From the NCBI RefSeq assembly GCF_024502345.1, contig NZ_JALDNN010000001.1: a stretch of 64,000 bases of DNA; one strand, written 5' to 3'. The notes beneath the pieces were generated by a model. That model did not search any database, was not told where the DNA came from, and saw nothing but the letters and a program-made list of their open reading frames with translations. This document shows, in pieces, positions 31,801 through 41,282 of the stretch. The number at the start of each line of letters is the position of its first letter. The first letter of the stretch is position 1. The DNA is from Escherichia coli. Its GTDB lineage: Bacteria > Pseudomonadota > Gammaproteobacteria > Enterobacterales > Enterobacteriaceae. A program made the position numbers and the translations under genes.

Positions 31801-32572
31801 GGACGAGAAGATTCGCTTTCGCGATATTCAGGCGCAGCCGCGTAAAATTATCTCCAGCCCCACCTGGTCCGGTCTGGAAAGCGATCACGTATCCTATAAC
31901 GCGGGATACACCAACGTTCATGAGTTAATTCCGTGGCGCACGCTGTCGGGACGCCAGCAGCTCTATCAGGATCATCCGTGGATGCGTGCTTTTGGTGAAA
32001 GCCTGGTGGCTTATCGCCCGCCTATCGACACCCGTAGCGTCAGTGAGATGCGCCAGATACCGCCAAACGGCTTCCCGGAAAAAGCACTTAACTTCCTGAC
32101 GCCGCACCAGAAATGGGGCATTCACTCAACCTACAGTGAAAACCTGCTAATGCTGACGCTCTCTCGCGGTGGACCGATTGTCTGGATCAGCGAAACAGAT
32201 GCCCGAGAACTGACCATTGTCGATAACGACTGGGTGGAAGTATTCAACGCCAACGGCGCGCTGACTGCCCGCGCGGTGGTCAGCCAACGTGTACCGCCGG
32301 GCATGACCATGATGTATCACGCCCAGGAACGCATTATGAATATTCCTGGTTCGGAAGTAACTGGCATGCGCGGCGGCATTCATAACTCGGTCACCCGCGT
32401 TTGCCCGAAACCAACGCATATGATTGGCGGTTACGCGCAGCTGGCCTGGGGCTTTAACTACTACGGCACCGTCGGATCGAACCGCGATGAGTTCATCATG
32501 ATCCGCAAGATGAAGAACGTTAACTGGCTGGATGATGAAGGTCGCGATCAGGTACAGGAGGCGAAAAAATGA
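28832..32572 (+). CDS. narZ: Respiratory nitrate reductase 2 alpha subunit (molybdopterin)
   Basis: Start at MSKLLDRFRYFKQKGETFADGHGQ (1246 aa); Fe-S ligand motif HGVNCTGSCSWKIY near the N-terminus. Confidence 0.93.
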   Translation: MSKLLDRFRYFKQKGETFADGHGQVMHSNRDWEDSYRQRWQFDKIVRSTHGVNCTGSCSWKIYVKNGLVTWEIQQTDYPRTRPDLPNHEPRGCPRGASYSWYLYSANRLKYPLIRKRLIELWREALKQHSDPVLAWASIMNDPQKCLSYKQVRGRGGFIRSNWQELNQLIAAANVWTIKTYGPDRVAGFSPIPAMSMVSYAAGTRYLSLLGGTCLSFYDWYCDLPPASPMTWGEQTDVPESADWYNSSYIIAWGSNVPQTRTPDAHFFTEVRYKGTKTIAITPDYSEVAKLCDQWLAPKQGTDSALAMAMGHVILKEFHLDNPSDYFINYCRRYSDMPMLVMLEPRDDGSYVPGRMIRASDLVDGLGESNNPQWKTVAVNTAGELVVPNGSIGFRWGEKGKWNLESIAAGTETELSLTLLGQHDAVAGVAFPYFGGIENPHFRSVKHNPVLVRQLPVKNLTLVDGNTCPVVSVYDLVLANYGLDRGLEDENSAKDYAEIKPYTPAWGEQITGVPRQYIETIAREFADTAHKTHGRSMIILGAGVNHWYHMDMNYRGMINMLIFCGCVGQSGGGWAHYVGQEKLRPQTGWLPLAFALDWNRPPRQMNSTSFFYNHSSQWRYEKVSAQELLSPLADASKYSGHLIDFNVRAERMGWLPSAPQLGRNPLGIKAEADKAGLSPTEFTAQALKSGDLRMACEQPDSGSNHPRNLFVWRSNLLGSSGKGHEYMQKYLLGTESGIQGEELGASDGIKPEEVEWQTAAIEGKLDLLVTLDFRMSSTCLFSDIVLPTATWYEKDDMNTSDMHPFIHPLSAAVDPAWESRSDWEIYKGIAKAFSQVCVGHLGKETDVVLQPLLHDSPAELSQPCEVLDWRKGECDLIPGKTAPNIVAVERDYPATYERFTSLGPLMDKLGNGGKGISWNTQDEIDFLGKLNYTKRDGPAQGRPLIDTAIDASEVILALAPETNGHVAVKAWQALGEITGREHTHLALHKEDEKIRFRDIQAQPRKIISSPTWSGLESDHVSYNAGYTNVHELIPWRTLSGRQQLYQDHPWMRAFGESLVAYRPPIDTRSVSEMRQIPPNGFPEKALNFLTPHQKWGIHSTYSENLLMLTLSRGGPIVWISETDARELTIVDNDWVEVFNANGALTARAVVSQRVPPGMTMMYHAQERIMNIPGSEVTGMRGGIHNSVTRVCPKPTHMIGGYAQLAWGFNYYGTVGSNRDEFIMIRKMKNVNWLDDEGRDQVQEAKK

Positions 32573-34113
32573 AAATCCGTTCACAAGTCGGCATGGTGCT
32601 TAACCTCGACAAATGTATCGGCTGCCATACCTGTTCGGTGACCTGTAAAAACGTCTGGACCGGGCGCGAAGGCATGGAGTACGCATGGTTTAACAACGTC
32701 GAAACCAAACCGGGCATTGGTTATCCGAAAAACTGGGAAGATCAGGAAGAGTGGCAAGGCGGCTGGGTCCGCGATGTGAATGGCAAGATCCGTCCGCGTC
32801 TGGGCAGCAAGATGGGCGTAATAACCAAAATCTTCGCCAACCCGGTGGTGCCGCAGATTGATGATTACTACGAACCTTTCACCTTCGACTACGAACATTT
32901 GCATAGCGCACCGGAAGGCAAACATATCCCTACTGCTCGCCCGCGTTCACTGATTGACGGCAAACGGATGGACAAAGTGATCTGGGGCCCAAACTGGGAA
33001 GAACTGCTGGGCGGCGAGTTTGAAAAACGTGCCCGCGACCGCAACTTCGAGGCCATGCAAAAGGAGATGTACGGGCAGTTTGAAAACACCTTCATGATGT
33101 ACCTGCCGCGCCTGTGCGAACACTGCCTCAATCCCAGTTGCGTGGCGACCTGCCCAAGCGGCGCTATCTACAAACGCGAAGAAGACGGCATTGTGCTGAT
33201 TGATCAGGATAAATGCCGTGGCTGGCGTTTGTGCATTAGCGGTTGTCCGTACAAAAAAATCTACTTCAACTGGAAAAGCGGCAAGTCAGAAAAATGTATC
33301 TTCTGTTATCCGCGAATTGAGTCAGGCCAACCCACCGTGTGCTCAGAAACCTGCGTGGGTCGCATCCGGTATCTGGGCGTGCTGCTTTACGACGCCGACC
33401 GCATTGAGGAAGCGGCAAGCACCGAGCGCGAAGTTGACCTCTATGAGCGCCAGTGCGAAGTGTTCCTCGATCCACACGATCCCTCAGTGATCGAGGAAGC
33501 CCTGAAACAAGGTATTCCACAAAACGTGATTGAAGCTGCCCAGCGTTCGCCTGTCTACAAAATGGCGATGGACTGGAAACTGGCGCTACCGCTGCACCCT
33601 GAATATCGCACCCTGCCGATGGTCTGGTACGTTCCTCCGCTGTCGCCGATTCAGTCCTACGCAGATGCGGGCGGTTTGCCGAAAAGCGAAGGCGTGCTGC
33701 CCGCCATCGAAAGCCTGCGTATTCCGGTGCAATATCTCGCCAATATGTTGAGTGCCGGCGATACCGGTCCGGTACTGCGGGCGCTGAAACGGATGATGGC
33801 GATGCGCCACTATATGCGTTCACAAACCGTGGAAGGCGTTACTGATACTCGTGCCATCGACGAAGTAGGCCTGAGCGTCGCCCAGGTCGAAGAGATGTAT
33901 CGTTACCTCGCCATTGCCAACTATGAAGATCGTTTTGTCATCCCGACGAGCCATCGGGAAATGGCGGGCGATGCCTTCGCAGAACGCAACGGCTGCGGTT
34001 TTACCTTTGGCGACGGTTGTCACGGCTCGGACAGCAAATTCAACCTGTTCAACAGTAGCCGTATCGATGCCATCAACATCACCGAAGTGCGCGACAAAGC
34101 GGAGGGCGAATAA
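32569..34113 (+). CDS. narY: Respiratory nitrate reductase 2 beta subunit (Fe-S)
   Basis: 514-aa ORF with several cysteine clusters (CIGCHTCSVTCK, CEHCLNPSCVATCPSG); 4-nt overlap with narZ. Confidence 0.93.
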   Translation: MKIRSQVGMVLNLDKCIGCHTCSVTCKNVWTGREGMEYAWFNNVETKPGIGYPKNWEDQEEWQGGWVRDVNGKIRPRLGSKMGVITKIFANPVVPQIDDYYEPFTFDYEHLHSAPEGKHIPTARPRSLIDGKRMDKVIWGPNWEELLGGEFEKRARDRNFEAMQKEMYGQFENTFMMYLPRLCEHCLNPSCVATCPSGAIYKREEDGIVLIDQDKCRGWRLCISGCPYKKIYFNWKSGKSEKCIFCYPRIESGQPTVCSETCVGRIRYLGVLLYDADRIEEAASTEREVDLYERQCEVFLDPHDPSVIEEALKQGIPQNVIEAAQRSPVYKMAMDWKLALPLHPEYRTLPMVWYVPPLSPIQSYADAGGLPKSEGVLPAIESLRIPVQYLANMLSAGDTGPVLRALKRMMAMRHYMRSQTVEGVTDTRAIDEVGLSVAQVEEMYRYLAIANYEDRFVIPTSHREMAGDAFAERNGCGFTFGDGCHGSDSKFNLFNSSRIDAINITEVRDKAEGE

Positions 34114-34808
34114 TGCAGATCCTCAAAGTGATCGGCCTGTTGATGGAGTATCCGGACGAGCTGTTGTGGGAATGCAAGGAGGACGCGCTGGCGTTGATCC
34201 GCCGCGACGCGCCGATGCTTACGGATTTCACCCACAACCTGCTTAACGCGCCGCTGCTGGATAAACAGGCCGAATGGTGCGAAGTGTTTGACCGTGGACG
34301 TACCACATCGCTGCTGCTGTTCGAACATGTTCATGCCGAGTCCCGCGATCGCGGCCAGGCAATGGTGGACCTGCTGGCGGAGTATGAAAAGGTCGGCCTG
34401 CAGCTGGATTGTCGGGAACTGCCCGATTATCTACCGCTGTATCTGGAGTATTTAAGCGTACTGCCTGACGATCAGGCGAAAGAAGGATTGCTCAATGTTG
34501 CGCCGATCCTCGCCCTGCTTGGCGGTCGCTTAAAACAACGCGAGGCACCGTGGTACGCGTTGTTTGATGCTCTGCTGCAACTGGCGGGAAGTACACTTTC
34601 AAGTGACAGTGTCACAAAACAAGTAAACAGCGAAGAGCGCGATGACACCCGCCAGGCGCTTGATGCAGTGTGGGAAGAGGAACAGGTGAAGTTTATTGAA
34701 GATAACGCCACGGCGTGTGACAGCTCGCCGCTTAATCAATATCAGCGACGCTTTAGCCAGGATGTCGCGCCGCAATATGTCGACATCAGTGCGGGAGGTG
34801 GGAAATGA
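34113..34808 (+). CDS. narW: Nitrate reductase 2 assembly chaperone (NarJ-like)
   Basis: 231-aa ORF between the beta and gamma subunits. Confidence 0.9.
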
Positions 34809-35485
34809 TTCAGTATCTGAACGTCTTTTTTTACGATATCTACCCGTACATTTGTGCGACGGTGTTTTTCCTCGGCAGCTGGCTGCGCTACGACTACGGG
34901 CAGTACACCTGGCGCGCCTCCTCAAGTCAAATGCTCGATAAACGCGGGATGGTGATATGGTCGAATCTGTTCCATATCGGCATTTTGGGGATTTTCTTCG
35001 GGCACTTGTTCGGCATGTTAACGCCGCACTGGATGTACGCGTGGTTTTTGCCAGTGGCAGCGAAACAACTCATGGCGATGGTGCTCGGCGGTATTTGCGG
35101 TGTGTTGACGTTGATTGGCGGCGCAGGACTGCTGTGGCGCAGGCTGACAAATCAGCGCGTGCGTGCCACTTCCACTACGCCGGATATCATCATCATGAGC
35201 ATTTTGCTGATCCAGTGTCTGTTGGGGCTAAGTACCATACCGTTTTCAGCACAGTATCCTGATGGTAGCGAAATGATGAAGCTGGTGGGTTGGGCGCAAA
35301 GCATTGTCACTTTCCGTGGTGGATCGTCAGAGATGCTTAACGGTGTAGCGTTCGTTTTCCGCTTGCATCTGGTGTTGGGAATGACCATCTTCCTGCTCTT
35401 CCCGTTCACCCGACTGGTGCATGTGTGGAGCGCGCCGTTTGAGTACTTCACCCGCCGGTATCAGATTGTGCGCTCGCGGCGATAA
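34805..35485 (+). CDS. narV: Respiratory nitrate reductase 2 gamma subunit (cytochrome b)
   Basis: 226-aa polytopic membrane ORF, last gene of narZYWV. Confidence 0.92.
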
Positions 35486-35563
35486 TTTTCACCCTGGCCG
35501 GATAGCCCTTCGCTCTCCGGCCACTTGCAGGCTATGATAGTTCTCCAGCCCAGGAGAACGTTA

Positions 35564-36064
35564 ATGAAACCGCAGGTTTACCACGTCGATGCTTTTACCT
35601 CTCAACCATTTCGCGGCAATTCTGCCGGTGTTGTTTTCCCCGCCGATAATCTTAGCGAAGCGCAAATGCAGCTTATCGCCCGCGAATTAGGTCATTCGGA
35701 AACCACTTTTCTGCTGCACAGCGACGACAGCGATGTGCGCATCCGCTACTTTACGCCAACCGTTGAAGTTCCGATTTGTGGTCACGCGACAGTAGCTGCA
35801 CACTATGTACGTGCGAAGGTGTTAGGTTTAGGAAATTGCACGGTCTGGCAAACATCGCTGGCAGGAAAACATCGCGTGACTATCGAAAAGCACCACGATG
35901 GTTATCGTATTTCGCTGGAACAAGGTACGCCGGGCTTTGAGCCACCGCTGGAAGGTGAAACACGTGCGGCGATTATCAACGCGCTTCATCTCACTGAGGA
36001 CGATATTCTGCCAGGCTTGCCAATTCAGGTGGCAACAACAGGACACTCAAAAGGGCTTTGTTGA
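35564..36064 (+). pseudogene. yddE: PhzF-family isomerase-like gene, 3'-truncated by the IS903 insertion
   Basis: Start MKPQVYHVDAFTSQPFRGNSAGVVF. The reading frame runs into the IS left inverted repeat and ends at a stop inside the IS after about 166 codons; full-length YddE is about 297 aa. Confidence 0.8.
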
Positions 36065-37110
36065 ATAAATCGAACTTTTGCTGAGTTGAAGGATCAGATC
36101 ACGTATCTTCCCGACAACGCAGACCGTTCCGTGGCAAAGCAAAAGTTCAAAATCACCAACTGGCCCACCTACAATAAAGCCCTCATCAACCGTGGCTCCA
36201 TAACTTTCTGGCTGGATGATGAAGCTATTCAGGCCTGGTATGAGTCAGCAACACCTTCTTCACGAGGCAGACCTCAGCGCTATTCTGACCTTGCCATCAC
36301 GACTGTGCTGGTCATTAAACGCGTATTCAGGCTGACCCTGCGCGCTGCGCAGGGCTTTATTGATTCCATTTTTTCTCTGATGAACGTTCCGCTACGCTGC
36401 CCGGATTACAGCTGTGTCAGCAGGCGGGCAAAGTCGGTTAATGTCAGTTTCAAAACGCCCACCCGGGGTGAAATCGCACACCTGGTAATTGATTCCACCG
36501 GGCTGAAGGTCTTCGGTGAAGGCGAGTGGAAAGTCAAAAAGCATGGCCAGGAACGCCGCCGTATCTGGCGTAAGCTGCATCTCGCCGTTGACAGTAAAAC
36601 ACATGAAATCATCTGCGCTGACCTGTCGCTGAACAACGTTACGGACTCAGAGGCCTTCCCCGGGTTAATCCGGCAAACCCACCGGAAAATCAGGTCAGCC
36701 GCCGCCGATGGCGCTTACGATACCCGGCTATGTCACGATGAACTGCGGCGTAAGAAAATCAGCGCGCTTATCCCTCCCCGAAAAGGTGCGGGTTACTGGC
36801 CCGGTGAATATGCAGACCGTAACCGTGCAGTGGCTAATCAGCGAATGACCGGGAGTAATGCGCGGTGGAAATGGACAACAGATTACAACCGTCGCTCGAT
36901 AGCGGAAACGGCGATGTACCGGGTAAAACAGCTGTTCGGGGGTTCACTGACACTGCGTGACTACGATGGTCAGGTTGCAGAGGCTATGGCCCTGGTACGA
37001 GCGCTGAACAAAATGACGAAAGCAGGTATGCCTGAAAGCGTGCGTATTGCCTGAAAACACAACCCGCTACGGGGGAGACTTACCCGAAATCTGATTTATT
37101 CAACAAAGCC
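36056..37110 (+). mobile_element. IS903-group insertion sequence (IS5 family)
   Basis: Terminal inverted repeats GGCTTTGTTGAATAAATC at 36056..36073 and its reverse complement at 37093..37110; about 1.05 kb with a single transposase ORF. No matching 9-bp direct repeat flanks the element (actcaaaag on the left, tatgcaagg on the right). Confidence 0.9.
36086..37054 (+). CDS. IS903-family transposase
   Basis: ORF containing ...FKITNWPTYNKALINRGSITFWLDDEAIQAWY...WKVKKHGQERRRIWRKLHLAVDS...DGAYDTRLCHDELRRKKISALIPPRKGAGYWP..., matching my recollection of the IS903/IS102 transposase. The true start codon may be internal to the track ORF. Confidence 0.85.
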   Translation: MKDQITYLPDNADRSVAKQKFKITNWPTYNKALINRGSITFWLDDEAIQAWYESATPSSRGRPQRYSDLAITTVLVIKRVFRLTLRAAQGFIDSIFSLMNVPLRCPDYSCVSRRAKSVNVSFKTPTRGEIAHLVIDSTGLKVFGEGEWKVKKHGQERRRIWRKLHLAVDSKTHEIICADLSLNNVTDSEAFPGLIRQTHRKIRSAAADGAYDTRLCHDELRRKKISALIPPRKGAGYWPGEYADRNRAVANQRMTGSNARWKWTTDYNRRSIAETAMYRVKQLFGGSLTLRDYDGQVAEAMALVRALNKMTKAGMPESVRIA

Positions 37111-37483
37111 TATGCAAGGAGTATTTGATCATGTATAAGCAATAAAAACAGCTTCAGGAAATAAGGAATATCGCAATTTTTAAACATAAAATGCGAATCG
37201 TTCAATACAAAAAAGCAGCGTTGCGTAATCTTTCCCTGATTAAATACGCTACTGCCCTACCCTGATGACATGATCTGCACTGCACTATCATATAGACATG
37301 TTTCTCAACATGCGAAAAGATGTTTTATTTTCGGATTATATTAAATTGATATTTCATATAAAAAATGAAATTACATCAATCATATAAATAATTGTACCAA
37401 CTTTAATTACTATTCATAGCAAACAAATGGATATCCAGTTAACTACGCCAGTGATTCATTAACATTAACCTCCGGCATTATTG

Positions 37484-38101
37484 TTAAATAATGACATTCC
37501 TTTTTAATACTTCTTGTAATTTCGGTAACTGACATACAGCATCAGCAATCGCACTGATATTCGTGGCATTATCCTGAAACCATTCATGCCCAGGCCCCCA
37601 TGTACGCATAGTGCAAAGATAACAGTCCACCAGCGTTAGTTGCTCACCAAACGCATAAGGTTCAGCAGTGAGCTGCGAATTCAGCCAGATATAAAGCGAT
37701 TTTCGATATTCAATAACATTCTTCTTTAACTGTTCAGGTGCGTCAGGAGCCCAACGCTCAGGGTAATCGGCGAAAGTGAATGTTGGATAGATATTAGCAA
37801 CCAGCCAGACCAATAGCCGTTGAAACTGCTGGCGTTCGGTGCGCCCAACCGGTGGCGCAAGGTCCGGGCGACGATCGAGAACCATCAATGCAATCGCCGC
37901 TGTCTCCGTCATAATCTCGTCATTTTCCAATGCCAGTGTCGGAACCTGACACAACGGGTTCAGGGTTTTCAATAACTCGCGTGAAGCTCCCTCGTGGTCA
38001 AAACCACTGACATCAACGAACTGATAAGGAATATCAGCCAGTGTTAGCATCAGCTCACTGATTGTAGAGCCCCATCCGGGTACGCCATACACCTTAATCA
38101 T
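37484..38101 (-). CDS. yncG: Glutathione S-transferase homolog
   Basis: 205-aa ORF MIKVYGVPGWGSTISELMLTLADIPYQFVDV... with a GST thioredoxin-like N-terminal domain; next to ansP. Confidence 0.8.
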   Translation of the reverse strand: MIKVYGVPGWGSTISELMLTLADIPYQFVDVSGFDHEGASRELLKTLNPLCQVPTLALENDEIMTETAAIALMVLDRRPDLAPPVGRTERQQFQRLLVWLVANIYPTFTFADYPERWAPDAPEQLKKNVIEYRKSLYIWLNSQLTAEPYAFGEQLTLVDCYLCTMRTWGPGHEWFQDNATNISAIADAVCQLPKLQEVLKRNVII

Positions 38102-38367
38102 ATGCCCCTCACAATCTTTTAAAGATTAAGTGTAGGACAGTACACAGGTTAACCAGCAAAAGGATTTGTCATTTTTTCGTCAGTTGTATTATTCCCCTTC
38201 AGGATTGTAAGGGGATGTTTTGCATCGTTTATCGATAACGGGTAGGATGCTGCGCCGATAGTTTTATACCCATAAAGAATAATGGTGATAACTATCATCG
38301 CCAGGATGAATAAACATTGTTCATGGCAACTTATATGACTTTTTCATTAAAGCAATCAGGGAGAGCA

Positions 38368-39867
38368 ATGAGTAAACACGACACCGACACTTCAGATCAA
38401 CACGCCGCGAAACGCCGCTGGCTTAATGCCCACGAAGAGGGGTATCACAAAGCGATGGGCAATCGCCAGGTACAGATGATCGCCATTGGCGGCGCGATTG
38501 GCACCGGCTTGTTTTTAGGTGCAGGAGCCCGACTGCAAATGGCGGGGCCAGCACTGGCACTGGTCTATTTGATCTGCGGCCTGTTTTCATTTTTTATTCT
38601 GCGTGCATTGGGTGAGCTGGTGTTACACCGCCCTTCCAGTGGCAGTTTTGTCTCTTATGCCCGTGAGTTTTTGGGTGAGAAAGCCGCTTACGTTGCTGGC
38701 TGGATGTACTTCATCAACTGGGCGATGACAGGGATTGTCGATATCACCGCTGTAGCGCTGTATATGCATTACTGGGGTGCGTTTGGCGGCGTGCCGCAGT
38801 GGGTCTTTGCGCTCACTGCGCTGACCATCGTTGGCACCATGAATATGATCGGTGTGAAATGGTTTGCGGAGATGGAGTTCTGGTTTGCGCTTATTAAAGT
38901 GCTCGCCATTGTGACCTTTTTGGTCGTGGGTACAGTGTTCCTCGGTAGTGGTCAGCCGCTGGATGGCAACACGACTGGCTTTCATTTAATTACCGATAAC
39001 GGCGGCTTCTTCCCCCACGGTTTGCTGCCTGCTCTGGTATTGATTCAGGGCGTAGTGTTTGCTTTTGCCTCCATTGAAATGGTGGGTACAGCTGCCGGAG
39101 AATGTAAAGATCCGCAGACCATGGTGCCTAAAGCGATTAACAGTGTGATTTGGCGTATTGGCCTGTTTTACGTCGGCTCCGTGGTGTTGCTGGTTATGTT
39201 ATTGCCGTGGAGCGCGTATCAGGCGGGGCAAAGTCCGTTCGTGACGTTTTTCTCTAAACTGGGTGTGCCATATATCGGCAGCATTATGAACATTGTGGTG
39301 CTGACCGCTGCCCTCTCCAGCCTGAATTCAGGTCTGTACTGCACCGGACGTATTCTGCGCTCAATGGCGATGGGCGGTTCCGCACCGAGTTTTATGGCGA
39401 AAATGAGTCGTCAGCATGTGCCGTATGCCGGGATTCTGGCGACACTGGTTGTGTATGTCGTCGGCGTATTCCTCAACTATCTGGTGCCGTCGCGCGTATT
39501 TGAGATTGTGTTGAACTTCGCGTCGCTGGGAATCATCGCTTCATGGGCGTTTATCATCGTGTGCCAGATGCGCCTGCGTAAAGCGATTAAAGAAGGCAAA
39601 GCAGCGGATGTCAGTTTTAAACTGCCTGGCGCGCCCTTCACTTCCTGGCTGACATTACTGTTTTTACTGAGTGTCCTTGTGCTGATGGCGTTCGATTACC
39701 CGAACGGGACTTATACTATCGCGGCGCTGCCGATTATCGGTATTCTGCTGGTTATAGGCTGGTTTGGTGTGCGCAAACGCGTTGCTGAAATTCACAGCAC
39801 TGCGCCAGTCGTCGAGGAAGATGAAGAAAAACAGGAAATTGTGTTTAAGCCTGAAACGGCGAGCTAA
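38368..39867 (+). CDS. ansP: L-asparagine permease (APC family)
   Basis: Start at MSKHDTDTSDQHAAKRRWLNAHEEGYHKAMGNRQVQMIAIGG (499 aa). Confidence 0.9.
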   Translation: MSKHDTDTSDQHAAKRRWLNAHEEGYHKAMGNRQVQMIAIGGAIGTGLFLGAGARLQMAGPALALVYLICGLFSFFILRALGELVLHRPSSGSFVSYAREFLGEKAAYVAGWMYFINWAMTGIVDITAVALYMHYWGAFGGVPQWVFALTALTIVGTMNMIGVKWFAEMEFWFALIKVLAIVTFLVVGTVFLGSGQPLDGNTTGFHLITDNGGFFPHGLLPALVLIQGVVFAFASIEMVGTAAGECKDPQTMVPKAINSVIWRIGLFYVGSVVLLVMLLPWSAYQAGQSPFVTFFSKLGVPYIGSIMNIVVLTAALSSLNSGLYCTGRILRSMAMGGSAPSFMAKMSRQHVPYAGILATLVVYVVGVFLNYLVPSRVFEIVLNFASLGIIASWAFIIVCQMRLRKAIKEGKAADVSFKLPGAPFTSWLTLLFLLSVLVLMAFDYPNGTYTIAALPIIGILLVIGWFGVRKRVAEIHSTAPVVEEDEEKQEIVFKPETAS

Positions 39868-39872
39868 TTGCA

Positions 39873-39902
39873 AAATTGCCCGGCTACGTGCCGGGCAAAT
39901 TT
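39873..39902. terminator. Bidirectional Rho-independent terminator between ansP and yncE
   Basis: Stem aaattgcccggc/gccgggcaaattt flanked by A-run and T-run, between two convergent genes. Confidence 0.75.
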
Positions 39903-39979
39903 AGATTACTGACGAAGGTGCCGCATGCGGCGTGATAAAAGTCAGGCAAGTCTCTCCGTTTTCACCCTCGCCATATCTA

Positions 39980-41041
39980 TTACAGCGCAATACGAATCAC
40001 ATCGTCCGGCTGGGTAGCTTCCTGCTGTTTAGTGGATTTTTGTTTCACACTGACATACAGCGTTTTGCCATCGGCAGACAGCGCCAGGCTGTTCGGATGA
40101 GTCGGCGTATCGAACGTTTTCACCACTTTATAGCTTTTCGCGTCAATCACACTGACTTTACCTGCCTGACGATGCGTTACGTAGGCTTCATTACGCGCTG
40201 GGTTAAACAGCACAGCCAGTGATTCCGGTGCCGCAACCTTCGCCAGAATATTGCCATTACGGGTATCGACCACTAACACTTCTGCCGCTTTAGAATCGGT
40301 GATAAATGCACGCTGCCTGGCGGTATCAAGGCTAATGTTGATAAAGAAGTGCTCTTTGCCGTCATCCAGCAGCTTTTTACGGCTGAGGATTTTATTGTCG
40401 GCGGTGTCGATGGTAATCAATTCGCCGTCAGCGTTAGTGGTGTAAAGACGTTTGCCTTTGCTATCCAGCGCCAGACCAGTACTCATTTTACCGGTGTTCT
40501 GGATGGCGGTTTTCAGTTTGATATTCTCGCCATCAACGACCCAAATCACGCTCTCTTTACCAATACCACTGATGTAAACGGTGTTCGTGGCATCATCAGC
40601 TACCAGCTCACGCGGTTGCAGCGGGCGCACTTCTTCCGTGCGCTTACGATCATCCAGCACCAGACGGCCTTTCACCTCGCCAGTTTTGGCATCTATCGCC
40701 GTGACCGCGCTGTTTACGGTGTTACCAAACCACAACGTCTGAGTCGTGTTATTGATGGTGGCACCAAACGGCTTGAGATCGTTATGGATCGCCTGCGTCA
40801 CTTCCAGAGTGACCGGATCAAGACGATAAACCACGCCACCTTTATCCAGTTTGCGGCTTTGCGAAGTGGCGAGCCACAGTGCGTTTTCTTGCTGGCTATA
40901 AGCCATTTCGTAGGCACCTTTACCTACCGCTTTACGCAGCATTTCTTCTGCGGCCTGCGTACTGAATGATGAAGCAACAAGCAATGAACCTAACAGTAAT
41001 GAACCACGCAGGCGCGATGAAAACAGATGACGTAAATGCAT
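39980..41041 (-). CDS. yncE: Secreted beta-propeller protein (YncE)
   Basis: 353-aa ORF with signal peptide (MHLRHLFSSRLRGSLLLGSLLVASSFSTQA) and repeated propeller-like segments. Confidence 0.85.
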   Translation of the reverse strand: MHLRHLFSSRLRGSLLLGSLLVASSFSTQAAEEMLRKAVGKGAYEMAYSQQENALWLATSQSRKLDKGGVVYRLDPVTLEVTQAIHNDLKPFGATINNTTQTLWFGNTVNSAVTAIDAKTGEVKGRLVLDDRKRTEEVRPLQPRELVADDATNTVYISGIGKESVIWVVDGENIKLKTAIQNTGKMSTGLALDSKGKRLYTTNADGELITIDTADNKILSRKKLLDDGKEHFFINISLDTARQRAFITDSKAAEVLVVDTRNGNILAKVAAPESLAVLFNPARNEAYVTHRQAGKVSVIDAKSYKVVKTFDTPTHPNSLALSADGKTLYVSVKQKSTKQQEATQPDDVIRIAL

Positions 41042-41282
41042 GACGACTCCCTTTGATGAACCGATATTTTTGCTGCTTCACAATGCTTCGCTAAGCGTAA
41101 TCATCGTTACGCTCTTGTTATAAATGGGAATGGTAATCATTATTTTCTCAAATGTGGAGCATTTCTTGCCGTTACGACTACAATTTTCTCAATTACTTAA
41201 CGTATTGTGCCGTTTCATTTTCCATAAATTTACAATTTCATTACCATGACGGCGTTTTCCCATTCTTAACCTGGCTTTTTTC

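Noticed and set aside
36086-37054. Assignment of the transposase to IS5
   Set aside because: The protein does not match the IS5 InsH sequence as I recall it, and the terminal inverted repeats (GGCTTTGTTGAATAAATC) are those of the IS903 group, so IS903 is the better call.
40349-40969. 206-aa plus-strand ORF inside yncE
   Set aside because: Antisense shadow of the yncE beta-propeller gene.
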